Source: Octopus vulgaris (Eukaryota). From it: 64,000 nt of DNA. Of the stretch, positions 1-13,343 are shown piece by piece. How positions within the stretch are numbered: the first letter of the stretch is position 1; each line of letters begins with the position of its first letter. The translations under genes were made by a program, and so were the position numbers. The stretch lies in NCBI GenBank assembly GCA_951406725.2, contig OX597817.1:24800001-24864000 (forward strand). Direction: 5' to 3'. The notes under the pieces are model-generated. The model did no database searches. It saw only the letters and a program-made list of their open reading frames with translations, and was not told the origin of the DNA.

Positions 1-334
1 CATTTTCTATGATATTCAGGACTCATTTGTTGACAAATGATGTGAAAATATTGAAACAACAGGAGAAAATATCTCTCTATACATTAAGGAAATGACAGAG
101 GGAGCAGGTGACAAGGAAACAGAGAGAGGAGGGACTTAAATCAGTTGGGAAGAGTAATAAAAAAAAAGCACTTCACACATAAAACAGAATTAATTGGACA
201 AATTTTAGATCTTTGGGGGAGATGAGGAGAAAGAGGTGGAAAGAGAATAAAACAGAAGGAAGAAGCAGTTGAGAAAAAGAGGAATAAAGGGAAAAGGAAG
301 TCATGACCCCAGATGGGTTTCTTGTTTTGGTGTA

Positions 335-551
335 CAGGGGTGTGCTGAAAAGTCCCTGGCTTTGGGTAAAAGAAAATACAAGAGGATCAGCTAATTATGA
401 TTTAATTCAACATGCTCCCCTTTCAGATTCACACACTTATAACAGCAGTCCTTCAGTTTTTCTAAGCTCTGTAAATGAACTTGGAAGTTTGGGCCTCCAA
501 CCAGGCTTTTCACAATACCCTTAAAGCCAGCTTCTTTTTAGCACCTCCTCG
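335..551. mobile_element. Tc1/mariner-derived MITE
   Basis: Imperfect TIRs (CAGGGGTGTGCTGAAAAGTCCCTGGCTTT ... AAAGCCAGCTTCTTTTTAGCACCTCCTCG) flanked by TA at 333-334 and 552-553. Confidence 0.7.
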
Positions 552-989
552 TAAATATTCTGTATTGCAAAAATTGTACAATTTCTATAAAGTAAGTTGT
601 AATAATCTATTTTAGCACTGAAAACAATTTGTTTTGATATCATTTCTAATCTGTGTCCTGTCAGCAATTAATTTATTTTTTAATTGTATGATGCACTATA
701 ATTCAGCAGGAAATGTCGTGACACCACAAGAGAGTGTCTGTAGCTGACTTACAACTACTACTATTACTACTACCCCTACCACCACCACCACTACTACCAA
801 TACTACTACTACTACTACTACGATCATCTTTTTTTACCTTCATGTAGGCAAAGGTGGAGGTATTGTTTACAGTTCATTTAAAAGTACTTTTGACAATGTT
901 TACAGATTAAAATGATTTTGGAATTATATTGACAATATTTTTCGTTATCATTATCATTACTAAAATTATTATTATTATTATTATTATTG

Positions 990-1497
990 AGTGAGAGAGT
1001 AGTGCATGCCATCAAAGTGACACTGGGATACAAATATATGACACTCAATAAAGCCATTGATAAGGGTACCCCAGGCACATGCATCACAACCATGCTGTGC
1101 GACATGGTGATTTGATATCAAGGTAAGCAACACAGGATTTTGCAGGTGGGGCCCAGTTAGAATTTTCTTCAGGTTGAGTAGCCCATCCTGCTCAAAAGTT
1201 ACCTGAATAAGGTTTGTTTAAGGATGATGAATGAAACACCGATGTTTCCCAAGGGGAATTATTAAAACCCCAAAGAATTCCTCTAAACACATAGCTATGA
1301 TGCTCCCCAACAATTCCTGCTTATAATCAGAGATGCACAGCTACTAAGGGACATGCTCAACTGGTTACGGTCAAACAACTGATGAATAAATCTGGTATTG
1401 AGTAGAATATCTGCTGCAGCCCATGTTTTATACCAAGACAAAACAATGTACATGATAACACTTCCAGTCAGTTAAGATCAAATGCCATGGGAGCCAT
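990..1497 (+). mobile_element. Interspersed retroposon family F, 3'-truncated copy
   Basis: Matches reverse complement of 39990-40435 over ~450 bp. Confidence 0.7.
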
Positions 1498-1640
1498 CCT
1501 TCTGTTCTGAGTTCAAATTTCACTGAGGTCAACTTTCAGGATCGATGAATCAAGTATCAGTCATGCACTGGTATCAATGTAATTGACTCTTCCCATCCCC
1601 CAAGATTTCAGGCCTTGTGCCTATAATAGAAAGGATTATT
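1498..1640 (+). mobile_element. SINE family B, partial
   Basis: GTTCTGAGTTCAAATTTC B-box segment and family B core. Confidence 0.55.
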
Positions 1641-1891
1641 ATTCTTATTATTACAAACTTTTTCTTGTGTACCTTTCTCTTACCAAAGCAACATGCACTC
1701 TGCTTCCTATACAGCATTCTGCACGTCATAATGATTGTCTGCCACACCCCCACACAAGAGGTCTTTAGTACCGAGCTTAGTTTAATATCGTTTCATTTAA
1801 TTTATAGCGTTAGGCAATGGCATTGCCTTTCACTTACATCCTTCGATATTTACTTTCCTGCATCTTTCTTTCTGTCCAATTTGTCTGTACA

Positions 1892-2274
1892 TCTCTCTCT
1901 ATATAAACGGCAGTTTGTCTGTGCGTTTTCTGTGTGTCTGTTTTCTCGTACCCTCACTCTGACCACGGCTTTCAACCGATTCTGATGAAACTTGACACAC
2001 ACATAGCCCAATGTCATAATTCAAAACTAACGCAGCGAAAATTTTGAAAAGTTCCCCCAGTTCTGAAAAAAATCGATAAATTCGACATGGGGTCGAGAAT
2101 CAGAAACCCAAACCACAGACCGTCTAGGGGACGCAACTCCACCTTTTTTAACTCTCAAAAAAATTTACCATCATTTTTTTTCCATTTTTTTGCTATTTTT
2201 TGGCTATAACTCTCTAAAAATGCTTTATAGTTATTTCCCTTACAAACCTGAGCAACGCCGGGCGATACTGCTAG
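1892..2274 (+). mobile_element. Non-autonomous Helitron
   Basis: Inserted A|TC...CTAG|T with no TSD; subterminal CCTGAGCAACGCCGGG hairpin; 3' end shared with four other copies in the window. Confidence 0.8.
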
Positions 2275-2785
2275 TCTAGGAATATATGCACGCTTAAGTG
2301 TGTTCTTATAATATATATATGCATGTTTATTTCATTTAATATATGAGTGAATGTGTGTGTATATGGGAGGTTGGTAAATACCAACCTCCCATATACACAC
2401 ACATTCGCTCGAAGTATAAATAAATATATTTATTTATGCTTCACTGTTTTTCATGTCCTTAATTAGTTAATTCGCACTTTGTTTTATTTCTCTATTTCTA
2501 TTTATTCGTTATTATCTTTTTTAATGTCTATTTACTTACTTTTTAAATTACTGATGCATTTATTTGCATCCAGTTATTTTAAATTGCTTCTTTTCTATTT
2601 TCCCCTTTATCCATTAGTATAAATGTATATTTGGTTGGACATGTGCTTATATATGAGCAGGTGTTTGTATGTAAATACAAACACCTGCCCACGAATTTTT
2701 TTTAATGTGTGTTTAGATAAATACTTTTTGAATCTGCTTGTTTGTATATGTGTGTATGTATGTGTATAAATGTGTGCATGTGTGT

Positions 2786-3068
2786 TCGTTGCCAGCCTCG
2801 CCTGGCCCTCGTGCCGGTGGCACATAAAAAGCACCATCCGTTCATGGCCGTTTGCCAGCTCTGTCTGGCACCTGTGCGGGTGGCACGTAAAAAGCACCCA
2901 CTACACTCACGGAGTGGTTGGCATTAGGAAGGGCATCCAGCCGTAGAAACACTGTCAGATTTGACTGGGCCTGATGAAGCCTTCTGGCTTCACAGACCCC
3001 AATAGAACCGTCCAACCCATGCTAGCATGGAAAACGGACGCTAAACGATGATGATGATGATGATGATG
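2786..3068 (+). mobile_element. Repeat family C (SINE or LINE 3' end, probably RTE-related) with (GAT)n tail
   Basis: GGCATTAGGAAGGGCATCCAGCCGTAGAAAC...CATGCTAGCATGGAAA...(GAT)n; many copies in the window. Confidence 0.75.
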
Positions 3069-3504
3069 TCTATGTATGGGTCCATGCACATGCTACAGTC
3101 TTTGCCTTTGTGCTGTTATATGTGGTGGTCATGGTGTCTGTATGCGTGATTGTGTGTGAGAAACTAAAGTCCTAGTAAGCAAGAAAACTGACAGTATGCT
3201 AATCCATTCAGGAAAATGCTTCTGTTTGATATGGACAAATGACGTAGATGTACTCATTGCAAACTATGGACAACTAAGAGGTGATGATGATGATGATGAT
3301 GATAATAGAGACTTTGAGTCAGATGCACTGGAGCAATAAAACCAAGAACACACGGGAAATGAGTTTTCTCATATGCAAAAGAGCATCCTTAGAAGTTTAT
3401 AGTATATACTATATATACATATAGTATATACTATATATAGTTTCTGTTAACTAAGTGATCTAATTAAGAATGAAGTAGGATGTGAGAAAGTATAGTTGCT
3501 TGAA

Positions 3505-3795
3505 TATAATCTGGCTGGAGAAAGTTCAGTGAGCTATTCACTCTGTTGATAACAAAAGTTCAGAGTAAAAGGTAGATGATGTGGTGCTTGTATACACACA
3601 GCAATGCTACATGGTAGAGAAATGTAGCTTTTGAATGCATAATATATGTAGAGACTTGAAAGAAGTTAAGCTATCATGCTTCACAGGATGTTCAATGTCA
3701 ACATGTATGAATAACAAAATGCAAACGTATTAAGAGAAACATTGGGTATGAGGGTGCATTTTATGTAGTGTGCAAAAGAGAAGACTATGCTGGTA
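3505..3795 (+). pseudogene. Decayed RTE-clade LINE ORF C-terminal fragment
   Basis: Broken translation GWRKFSELFTLL..RVKGR..ACIHTAMLHG..RLERS resembles the post-RT region of RTE elements. Confidence 0.6.
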
Positions 3796-3918
3796 TACTC
3801 TTTTACTCTCTTGCTTGCTTCAGTCATTTGGCTGTGGCCATGCTGGAGCACCGCCTTTAGTCGAGCAAATCGACCCCCAGGACTTATCCTTTGTAAGCCT
3901 AGTACTTATTCTATCAGT
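3796..3918 (-). mobile_element. SINE family A, 3' part only
   Basis: Matches 3' end of the full copy at 45136-45523. Confidence 0.75.
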
Positions 3919-4495
3919 ATCAATGATGACGCTGGTCATTTTATAGCATTTAACTCTACAGCCATCACCATCACTCACCTTGACATAATTTCCCATCCCC
4001 TTCTTAGTTATCATCACCACCAATTCCATATCTCTTATTTCTTTATTACCTTAACCACCACACACTTTACCACCACTTCTACCATATTCACCTTCCCCTG
4101 CCCGGGACTACTATTACCATCAACACCATCACCATCGCTACTAGTGCTTCCCCTCCCCAACATCAATTTTCTGTTTCCATCTTCATTAACATCGTCTCCT
4201 CAGCCACCCCCTTCACCATCTCCACCACCTTCACCATCCCCACCACCACCACCATACACACAGATGCTAAGCCCACCTTCATGATATTTCACACATCAAC
4301 AACATTCCAATTGTCAGTCATCGAAATACCCAGCTTCATTATCTTTTACACTATATACCCCAATATATCAGCATAATCACCTATTTGTGATCCTACCATT
4401 AACTTTTTAACATCATCTTTACTACCTGGTGCAACAGCTCCATCTCTACCACAGTTTCTATCTACTGACCAAATCTACCAATATAGCTTCCTTTC

Positions 4496-4715
4496 ATTCA
4501 TCATCATCATCATTGTCGTCGTCGTTGTTGTCGTCATCATCATCATCATCTAATGTCCAAGTTCCATGCTGTCATAGGCTAGATTGTTTGACAGAATCCA
4601 GTATGTTCAAGGACTTCATCCAACTCCATTGTCTACTCTATTGTAGTTTCTACAGCTGAATGCCCCTCCTAATGCCAAGCTCACAAATGTGTATATTGGG
4701 TGCCTGTTTTACATC
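4496..4715 (-). mobile_element. Repeat family C, diverged
   Basis: (CAT)n followed by family C motifs. Confidence 0.55.
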
Positions 4716-4995
4716 ATCAAAACTAGTGAGGTTATGGTGTAGCTTGCAAGACCTCACAACTGGGGAGGAAAGAGGTGGTTTTAAGCTAGGCGATGAAGGG
4801 TCAAGGTATGGGAGTAAGAACCACAGTAGGAAAGGATTCTTGTTGCAGAGGAGTTATGTGGTTACATTTTGGAAGAGATGATGAGAGTAATCAGGGTGGA
4901 GTAGAGAAGAAATTAAGATAGTAGTGGTGAGGCATCGGCATGAACCCTCAAAATATGATATAAGTGGAAGTGAATGAGGACAGAACTGTGTGCAT

Positions 4996-5227
4996 AGGTG
5001 GCGAGCTGGCAGAAATGTCAGCACACCAGGCAAAATGCTTAGCGGTATCTTGTCTGCCGTTATGTTCTGAGTTCAAATTCCACTGAGGTCGACTTTGTCT
5101 TTCATCCTTTCAGGATCGATAAATTAAGTACCAGTTATGCACTGGGGTTGATACAATCAATTTAATCCGTTTGTCTGTCTTTGTTTGTCCCTTCTGTGTG
5201 TAGCCCCTTGTGGGCAGTAAAGAAATG
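4996..5227 (+). mobile_element. SINE family B
   Basis: A-box-like GAGCTGGCAGAA, B-box GAGTTCAAATTCC; flanking near-duplicate AGAACTG(T/G)GTGCATAGG. Confidence 0.85.
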
Positions 5228-6554
5228 AGAACTGGGTGCATAGGCAGGTAGAGATTACAAACGTGTATGAGAGAGTGAGAGATGAGGAATTAACAAGGGC
5301 ATGAATATATGGAATGAAGGACAAGTTTTGAAAGGATAATCAATAGCGAAGTGAGGGAAGAGTAGGTGACAACTATAGGAATTGGTTAGGGGATGAATGT
5401 AATCTTTTCTTTTTTTGCATTGATTCTATAAAACTAGCAAAATCCAAAATTGCTGGTTGTTCCTGAAGAATCTCATGGGTGAAACAATAAATATTTTTTG
5501 TTGAATGTATTGACAATTAGGCATATCATTTTGAATACTTTATTGTAAGTGTTCTGGCAATATTCCTATAAACTTGTCACTCCTGGAAATATATTATTAT
5601 GTATGTATAGGTGTAGGCTTGCATGTATGTATGTATTTATACAAACATACACACCAACATACTGGCAGGAAGACAAGTAGACAGATAGATATATAATTTG
5701 ATGGATAGATGGATAAATAGATAAAAGAGAGATATATAAATATATAGATAGGTAAATATAGATAGACAGACAGATAGATAACTTTTTTTATTGGCCACAC
5801 AAGGCTGAACACAGTGGGGACAAATAAAAATGTAGAGCTTTTCTTTTCGAAGGTGGAAGAAGAAAAAGGAAAAAAAAAGGAAACAAATGTAAAATTTCGA
5901 TCAAAAGGGATAAGAAGAAAAAGAAAAGGTGGTTAAAAGAGATCGTGTATCAGAAAAATAGATAGATAGATAGAAAGAGAGAGGGAGAGGGACAGACATA
6001 TAGATAGAGACATACAGATAAACAGACGTTGTACAACCCTTGGAGTAGCAAGGTCTCCTTATGTAATCCCTCCTATGCTGGTACCATGATGAAATGCACC
6101 CAATACATTAAAAAAAATTTTGGTGAATGAGAAGAGATAGTGTTCAGCTGAGATGACCCTTTAATCATGTATCTCAATGTCATTACATGAGGAACTATTA
6201 TGAAATACTGTCAATGCACTCTGCAAAGGAGTTGGCGATATGAAGGATGTCCAGACATAGCTGGACATACTTCATATCAAGTAAAAATGTAAAATATTTG
6301 CAAGACATGGTTCTAAGCCCTGTCTATTAAAGCAACGCTACTCATTAGGAACTGACTTGGGCTATGAGGACGCCTCTAACTCATGCCACCATGGAAAACA
6401 AAGATAAAACGATGATGGTAATGGTGGTGAGGACGATGATCATTGTGACGATGATCATTGTGACGATGATGGTGATGGTGGTGAAATTGGGGTGACTAAC
6501 AGCAGCAGCAGCAGTAGTAATAGTAGTAGCAGTTGCAGCAGTAGTAGTAGCAGT

Positions 6555-6930
6555 GAGGGCGCAATGGCCCAGTGGTTAGGGCAGCAGTCGTAGGATCGCG
6601 GTTTCAATTCCCCGACCGGGCGTTGTGAGTGTTTATTGAGTGAAAACACCTAAAAGCTCCACGAGTCTCCGTCAGGGATGGTGGGGATCCTTGCCGTACT
6701 CTTTCACCACAACTTTCTCTCACTCTTACTTCCTGTTTCTGTTGTACCTGTATTTCAAAGGGCTGGCCTTGTCACTCTCTGTGTCATGCTGAATATCCCC
6801 GAGAACTACGTTAAGGGTACACGTGTCTGTGGAGTGCTCAGCCACTTACACGTTAATTTCACGAGCAGGCTGTTCCGTTGATTCGGATCAACCGGAACCC
6901 TCGTCGTCGTAACCGATGGAGTGCTTCCAT
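6555..6930 (+). mobile_element. tRNA-derived SINE family D
   Basis: tRNA-like head TGGCCCAGTGGTTAGGGC...GGTTTCAATTCCC; near-identical copies at 13344, 50224 and 53975. Confidence 0.85.
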
Positions 6931-7673
6931 CAAGTAGTAACAGTAGCAGTATTATACAGATTCATATACCTATATTCATGCATGCATGAAATTAAGAAAT
7001 ACATGCAGATATTTCTTTCATTAATAACACTATTGCAATAACAGCTGCAATAATTAGTTCCTCTATTAAAGTAAAAAAATGTTTGTTTGTCATTATATAT
7101 TTACTTACAGATTAATATTTGTATATATGTACATATGCACTGGTGGTGGTCGTGGTGGTGAGAAACAGAATGTGGAATTTGCATAGTAATATTAATGAAA
7201 TTAAAAGATTTTAATTACATGTTAAAATATTATTTTTTACCGATTTATATTAAATCTTTTGTTTATTATTTCCCATTTCTTTATTAATTAATATAATCAA
7301 CTTAATTTTTAGCAGGCTTCCTGTCTCCATGTCTCTTTAGCTTCCAATGGGATGCTCAAACTAAAATCATGAAAATTTAAATTAAAAGAAAACAAAATTA
7401 TGGAGTAAACGAAACAGAAATTAATTCATTCTAACTACACTCTGTTATATATTGGAAATAATTTATCATAATTTTTGATTTTCATAATAAAACTAGAGTA
7501 AGTAAACAAGATATGAAAGAAGCAGTAACAGAGAAGGTAAAGATATTTAGACAGAGAGAGAGAGAAATATTGCATTGAGAGGAGATACTTGAAAGAGGTA
7601 AAGTGAGATAGATGGAGAGGTAAAGTAAATATATATAAAAGTGTGTGTAGATATATTATATTATAGGTACAGG

Positions 7674-8092
7674 TAAGGCGGCGAGCTGGCAGAAACGTTA
7701 GCATGCCGGGCGAAATGCGTAGTTGTATTTCGTCTGCCTCTACGTTCTGAGTTCAAATTCTGCCGAGGTCGACTTTGCCTTTCATCCTTTCGGGGTCGAT
7801 AAATTAAGTACCAGTTACATACTGAGGTTGATATAATCGACTTAATCCGTTTGTCTGTCCTTGTTTGTCCTCTCTATGTTTAGCCCCTTGTAGGTAATAA
7901 AGAAATAGATATTTCGTCTAAGCTACTACGTTCTGAGTTCAAATTCCGCCAAGGTCGACTTTGCCTTTCATCCTTTCGGGGTCGATAAATTAAGTACCAG
8001 TTATATACTGGGGTCGATGTAATCGACTTAATCCGTTTGTCTGTCCTTGTTTGTCCCCTCTATGTTTAGCCCCTTGTAGGTAATAAAGAAAC
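7674..8092 (+). mobile_element. SINE family B with tandemly duplicated body
   Basis: One head and two B-box/core units; direct repeat ATATTATATTATAGGTACAGGT on both flanks. Confidence 0.85.
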
Positions 8093-8107
8093 ATATATTA
8101 TATTATA

Positions 8108-8530
8108 GGTACAGGTGTAGCTGTATGGTAAGAAGTTTGCTTCTCAACCACATGGTTCCAAGTTCAGTTCCACTCTGTGGCATCTTGGGCAAGTGTTCTC
8201 TACTATAGCCTCAGGCTTATCAAAGCCTTGTGAGTAGATATTGTAGATGGAAACTGAAAGAAGCCTTTTGCATGTGTGCATGTTTGGGTGGGGCTGTGTG
8301 TGTGTTTGTATCTGTGTATGTCCCACTAAGTTATGGGGACATAAACACACCAACACCACTTGTCAATAAGTGTTGGTGTGGTTAAATCCCATAACCTAAC
8401 AGTTCAGTGCAAGTAACCAATACTAATAAGTATTGGTCTTACTAGGGTCAATTTGTTTGACCAAAATTCCTTATGGCAGTGCTCCAGCATGGCCACAGTC
8501 TAATAACTGAAACATGTAAAAGACAGAAGA
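8108..8530 (+). mobile_element. SINE family A, old diverged copy
   Basis: tRNA-like head, CORE-like CTTGGGCAAGTG, family A tail. Confidence 0.75.
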
Positions 8531-8532
8531 TA

Positions 8533-9150
8533 TACTCTTTTACTTGTTTCAGTCATTTGACTGCAGCCATGCTGGAACACCACCTGTAGTCAAGCAAACC
8601 GACCCCAGGACTTATTCTTTGTAAGCCTAGTACTTATTCTACCGGTCTCTTTTGCCGAACTGTTAAGTTACGGGGGCATAAACACTCCAGCATCTGTTGT
8701 CAAGCGATGTTGGTGGGACAAACACAGACACACACACACACACACAGACATATATCATCATCATCATCGTTTAACGTCCGCTTTCCATGCTAGCATGGGT
8801 TGGACGGTTCAACTGGGGTCTGGCAAGCCCGAAGGCTGCACCAGGCCAGTCAGATCTGTCAGTGTTTCTACAGCTGAATGCCCTTCCTAACGCCAACCAC
8901 TCCGAGAGTGTAGTGGGTGATTTTATGTGCCACACACAGGTGCACGAGGCTGGCAGACACACACACACATGTGCCAGACAGGTGTATATATATACATATA
9001 TACAATGGGCTTCTTTCAGTTTCCTCTACCAAATCCACTCATAAGGCTTTGGTCGGCCCGAGGCTATAGTAGAAGACACTTGCCCAAAATGTCACACAGT
9101 GTGACTGAACCCAGAACCATGTAGTTGGTAAGTAAGCTACTTACCACACA
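8533..9150 (-). mobile_element. SINE family A with nested family C copy (~8755-8930)
   Basis: Both halves of family A flank a family C insert within the (CA)n/(TA)n linker. Confidence 0.8.
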
Positions 9151-9419
9151 TTCATTGTTGTCACCATCTTCATCACCATCATCATCACATTTTTATCCCT
9201 TTCTCTATGGTGGAATGGGTTGGAAAGAACATTTTGAGGCAGTGTTTTGCAGCTGGATGTCTTTCTTGATGCCAACCTTTTAATCGCTCCCTACAAGATG
9301 CAGGGATATGGCGTGTCAGTTGTAAAACCTGGAATATACATGTGTGTATACATACATTCATACATATGTGTGTGTATGCATGCATATGTGTGTGTGTGTT
9401 TGTATTATGTATTTTGTGT

Positions 9420-9624
9420 CTAGGACATGTACCCACTATGGGCAATAACCTCACCAAGGATAATTACCCCTGAGGACACCAGATGATGATTTAAAACTTC
9501 TTAATATATGAGATAAGGGGAGCATTTAACCAAGGGAGGTAATTGTCCTAGGAGGTAGTTGTCATCAGGGGGAATTTTCTTTGGTGGGGTAATTTCTTTG
9601 TGGTGGTGGGTAATTGTCCTGATA
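9420..9624. mobile_element. Degenerate foldback MITE with short GGACAATTACCCC-type subrepeats
   Basis: Left arm GGATAATTACCCC-like units, right arm GGGTAATTGTCC-like units. Confidence 0.45.
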
Positions 9625-10712
9625 TGATGTATATTATATACAAAACATTTAGGCATAAATACATAGTGTATGTATGTGCGGAGAGAGATAAAAAGGAAAA
9701 AAGGAGGGATATAATGGAAGATATGTAAAGACAATAAATGAATAAAATATATAGCAGTATTGTAAGAGCGAGAGAGAGTGAGAGAGGGATGTTATATAAA
9801 CTGAAGGACAATGGAAGAAAGCTGGCTGGCTGGTTAACTTGCTGGCTAGCTGGCTGGCTGGCTGGTTTGTTCGGTGGGTGGATAGATAGACTAGAAGGTT
9901 GTTAGATAGGAAGGTAGAGAGAGAGAGAGAGAGGGGGAAATATAAAAGAGGTCACATGATTGATAGGAAATACCAACATAAAATAACTATACAATTTAAA
10001 CTGTCAGAAATAAAACATCCCTTCACACTTAACTTTTGATCATGAGGGAGCCAGTCGTGTGTATGTTCCTAAGCATATGTCTGTACATGAAGCATGTTTT
10101 TGAAATGTTTCATTTCATAAAGGGGAGTTTCCCCTCTTTACCCCCTCCCTCGTTTCTTTTATTCTTTCTCCCATTCATTCTTTGTTATGTTTAATATTTT
10201 TACTCCTTGTCACTCTATGATCATTATCAATGTATGAAGTATTAGTTTTAATGTTTCTCCAATATGCTGAACAGCATATTTCTTTGTTTAATTTTTCCTT
10301 TTTGCTTCCTATAAGCCTCTCGGCTTATCTGTAGAGATATAGCAAAGACAGACATAGTGACTGCTGTCTCTGATCGGCAAACTAGTCTCCAAGACTGAAG
10401 TGACAATATCCAAAGCTAGGAACTAATTATCGTATTCATTAGCTCTGTAATTATTCTACTAAGAATGCAAATGCTATTGGCAGTCTTAAAACCTCAACAG
10501 AAACAACAACAAAAAAAGCAATAGCTGCAACAGCGGCAATAACAAACATAACAGTGTCCAGATCAAGAACAACAATCAGAAGGAAGAAACACAACAGCTA
10601 ACATGAAACATCCAATTCAAAAGATTATCCCATTTTTGATATTTATATTATAATTTCCCTTCTTTTTTTTTCTTTTTATGTTTTTGTTTGCTGCTATATA
10701 TAGTAGTGTATA

Positions 10713-10715
<3 letters not shown>

Positions 10716-10753
<38 letters not shown>

Positions 10754-10942
10754 TGCACGTGTGTGTGTTTTTGATTCGTGTCTGTGTGTCTGTGTGTCTG
10801 TGTGATGCATGTGTGTGTGTGTGTTTGTGATGCGTGAGTGTGTGTGTATAGATGTATATATACATATATACTTATGCATGAGTGTGTGTGTGTATGTACT
10901 TGTGTGTGTGCACGCATGTGTATATGTGAGTGTGTGTGTGTA
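10716..10942. repeat. (TG)n compound microsatellite
   Basis: Directly visible. Confidence 0.9.
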
Positions 10943-11852
10943 TCGAATTTCATTGCTGTTTATTTATTTGAAATAATCTGAGTTTGAAAAATGTTAAAAC
11001 AAAAAAAAAAAATCCCCCCCCCCCCTTCCCTTCACATACAGACATTCAAAACAAAAAAAAAAACAATTTTTTCTTTTAAGACAAAGGAAGAAATTCCTCT
11101 TTTGTTGCATGCAGGTTATCATTACATTTTAATTAGTCTGCAAGCCTATTAAGAATGGTAAGTTTGGATAATTTTAGCAGTTGGCAACTACAATCTGTTA
11201 AGCGCCAGACTTTCAGATATGATAAGGTTGTTATGGTGATGTATAGAGGATAGAGATTTTTTTGTTTTTGCTCTCTTGTGTTTGATATGACGGTTGCTTT
11301 TGTTTTCCATGTTTTTAATATATTTTTGTATTACTTTGTGTTTTGTATTTGCATTTTTTTCCTCTAATAGAATTTTATTTTGAAAAAAAATATGGTGGTT
11401 ATATTTTATATTTTTTTAAAAGTATTGAAGCAAATAAGCTAACTTGAATTAATCAGATATTAATTGATAATGATAATAGCAGAGGTGAAGTGGGTGAACA
11501 GAGTGTGGGAGGAGATGAAAGACAATGACGAAGATAATGAAAGAAAATATAGGTAGTGGAACTGTGAAGGAATCATGATGTTAATTTCATCAAGGGTGGT
11601 GGTTGTGGTTGTGATGGTGGTACTGATGATGGCAATGCTATTTATTCACCTTCTGTCTTCCTTAACTAGTTTATAGTAACAGCTATAATCAAATGGTCTG
11701 TCGATTATGCTTTTTACTGATGGACATGTGTAAAAATTGAACTGAAAGTGAAAGGAACAGCTACTTTGTAGACTAAAGAATACTAGAGAAGTTATTGCTT
11801 ATCTCATCTCAACCCTCATCTGTCAACTTTTAAATATACAGGACTATATTGT

Positions 11853-12097
11853 GGAGGCATGTGGCTTAGTGGTTAGAGTGTCAGCATCATGGTCCTAAGA
11901 ATGTGGTTTCAATTCCAGGACCGGGCAATGCGCTGTGTTCTTCATTTCGCGTTGCTCCAGTCCACTCAGATGGCAAAAATGAGTAACACTGCAATGGACT
12001 GGCGTCCCATCCAGCTGCAGAACACATATGCCATAGAAACCAGGAAACCGGGCCCATGAGCCTGGCTAGGCTTTAAAAGGGCGCATTTATTTTATTT
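11853..12097 (+). mobile_element. tRNA-derived SINE family E
   Basis: TGGCTTAGTGGTTAGAG A box, GGTTTCAATTCC B box, (ATTT)n tail; head related to 26289-26624. Confidence 0.75.
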
Positions 12098-12602
12098 ATA
12101 TTGCCCAATGCAGTGTTTTCATTTTAACACAGTAATATGTAATCTAAATATTAATTTAACTGCTATATCTAGTGTGCCAAGTAACTTCATAGACATTCCC
12201 TCACTGGTATGTATGGACTCTAGGCCAGAAATAGCAGTTAAAATCCCTTATTACAATGTAACATCTTACAAAAGTATGGTGCTTTGGATCATGTTCTTTT
12301 AGATAAGGTGCACTGGCCAGAACTGGAATGTCTTTGATCATGGATCTAAGCAAACAGGGCTGATTTGATTAGAATAAACACTTGAACATCTGTGATCTCT
12401 CATTTTATGTTTCATCAGTTTGCATCCCTAGACTTTTTCAGGGATTCTGAGTTTTGTGGGAGAAAGAGAAGGTCTTGATATCCTTAGATCAAACAACCAG
12501 TCTACATGTTTACAATATCCTAAACTCCACTTAATACTCCCAATAGCCAGTTAGTGGTGTTAATCTAAGGTCAGATTAAGTCTAGTTTTAACAAATGAAA
12601 AC

Positions 12603-13068
12603 AACGCCTTACTTCCCTGGGCATGGACACATTGAAACTCCGACATCTGGCAGCTGACTTAGCAGACACCCATAAAATTATCAACCATCTTACAAACAAT
12701 AACTCTGAGCACCTTTTCAAACTCCACCCGTCTAACACCCGTGGACATATTTACAAAGTCAGAAAACAGCACAGCTCCCATGACTTTAGGAAACATTTTT
12801 TCATGCTGAGAGTTGCTGAAGCATGGAACAAACTGCCGGCATCAGTTGTTAGTTGTTGGAGCACTGCATCCTTCAAAACTTCCATGCTTCCTGAGATTCG
12901 CCAACACTACACCTGATTTTCTCCCCTCCATACACACACAAGTATGTATCTGACTCATACATTGTTCGCTTTCCAGACATTTGTACATTACTGCATATAC
13001 TCTATACGCACTTTCTGACAAGTTGTGGTGCACCTGAGCACTGTATACAATAATTTCATTATTATTAT
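12603..13068 (+). mobile_element. 5'-truncated CR1-clade LINE (ORF2 C-terminus, 3'UTR, (ATT)n tail)
   Basis: ORF 12623-12916 contains TRGH..K...FRKHFF..RV..AWNKLP..VV....SFK, typical of the CR1 ORF2 C-terminus. Confidence 0.85.
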
Positions 13069-13343
13069 TTTAATTCATCTGACAGGTTTGTATACAATTT
13101 CTCTATGTAAAATATCACACACAAAGTTTGAATCTACTCAATGCTATGACGGAAGACATTTGTCTCATGGAGGAAATGCAGAGCCACATGTTAGCAAACA
13201 GAACATTTGAACTTCTTAACCACATGATCATGTTACTGCCTAATACTGAATTGAATATCTCACAAGAAGAGTTCTCACTAGAACAGTTCTTTGTTACTTA
13301 TTCGAGGCCCAAAGAAAGTTTCAAACTCATTACTTGGAACTAA

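Noticed and set aside
1200-1255. Hammerhead in family F (CTGAATA...GAAACA)
   Set aside because: G8 is missing, the core is not adjacent to stem II, and there is no stem I
3787-4284. 165-aa proline-rich ORF
   Set aside because: Starts inside a SINE and continues through (CAC/CAT)n low-complexity sequence
6555-6625. tRNA gene
   Set aside because: tRNA-like head is fused to a multi-copy SINE body; the same holds for families A, B, D and E
10617-10953. His/Thr-rich ORFs
   Set aside because: Translation of (TG)n microsatellite
11115-11157. Plus-strand exon with good acceptor and ATG|GTAAGT donor
   Set aside because: Single unsupported signal pair; no partner plus-strand exons could be established
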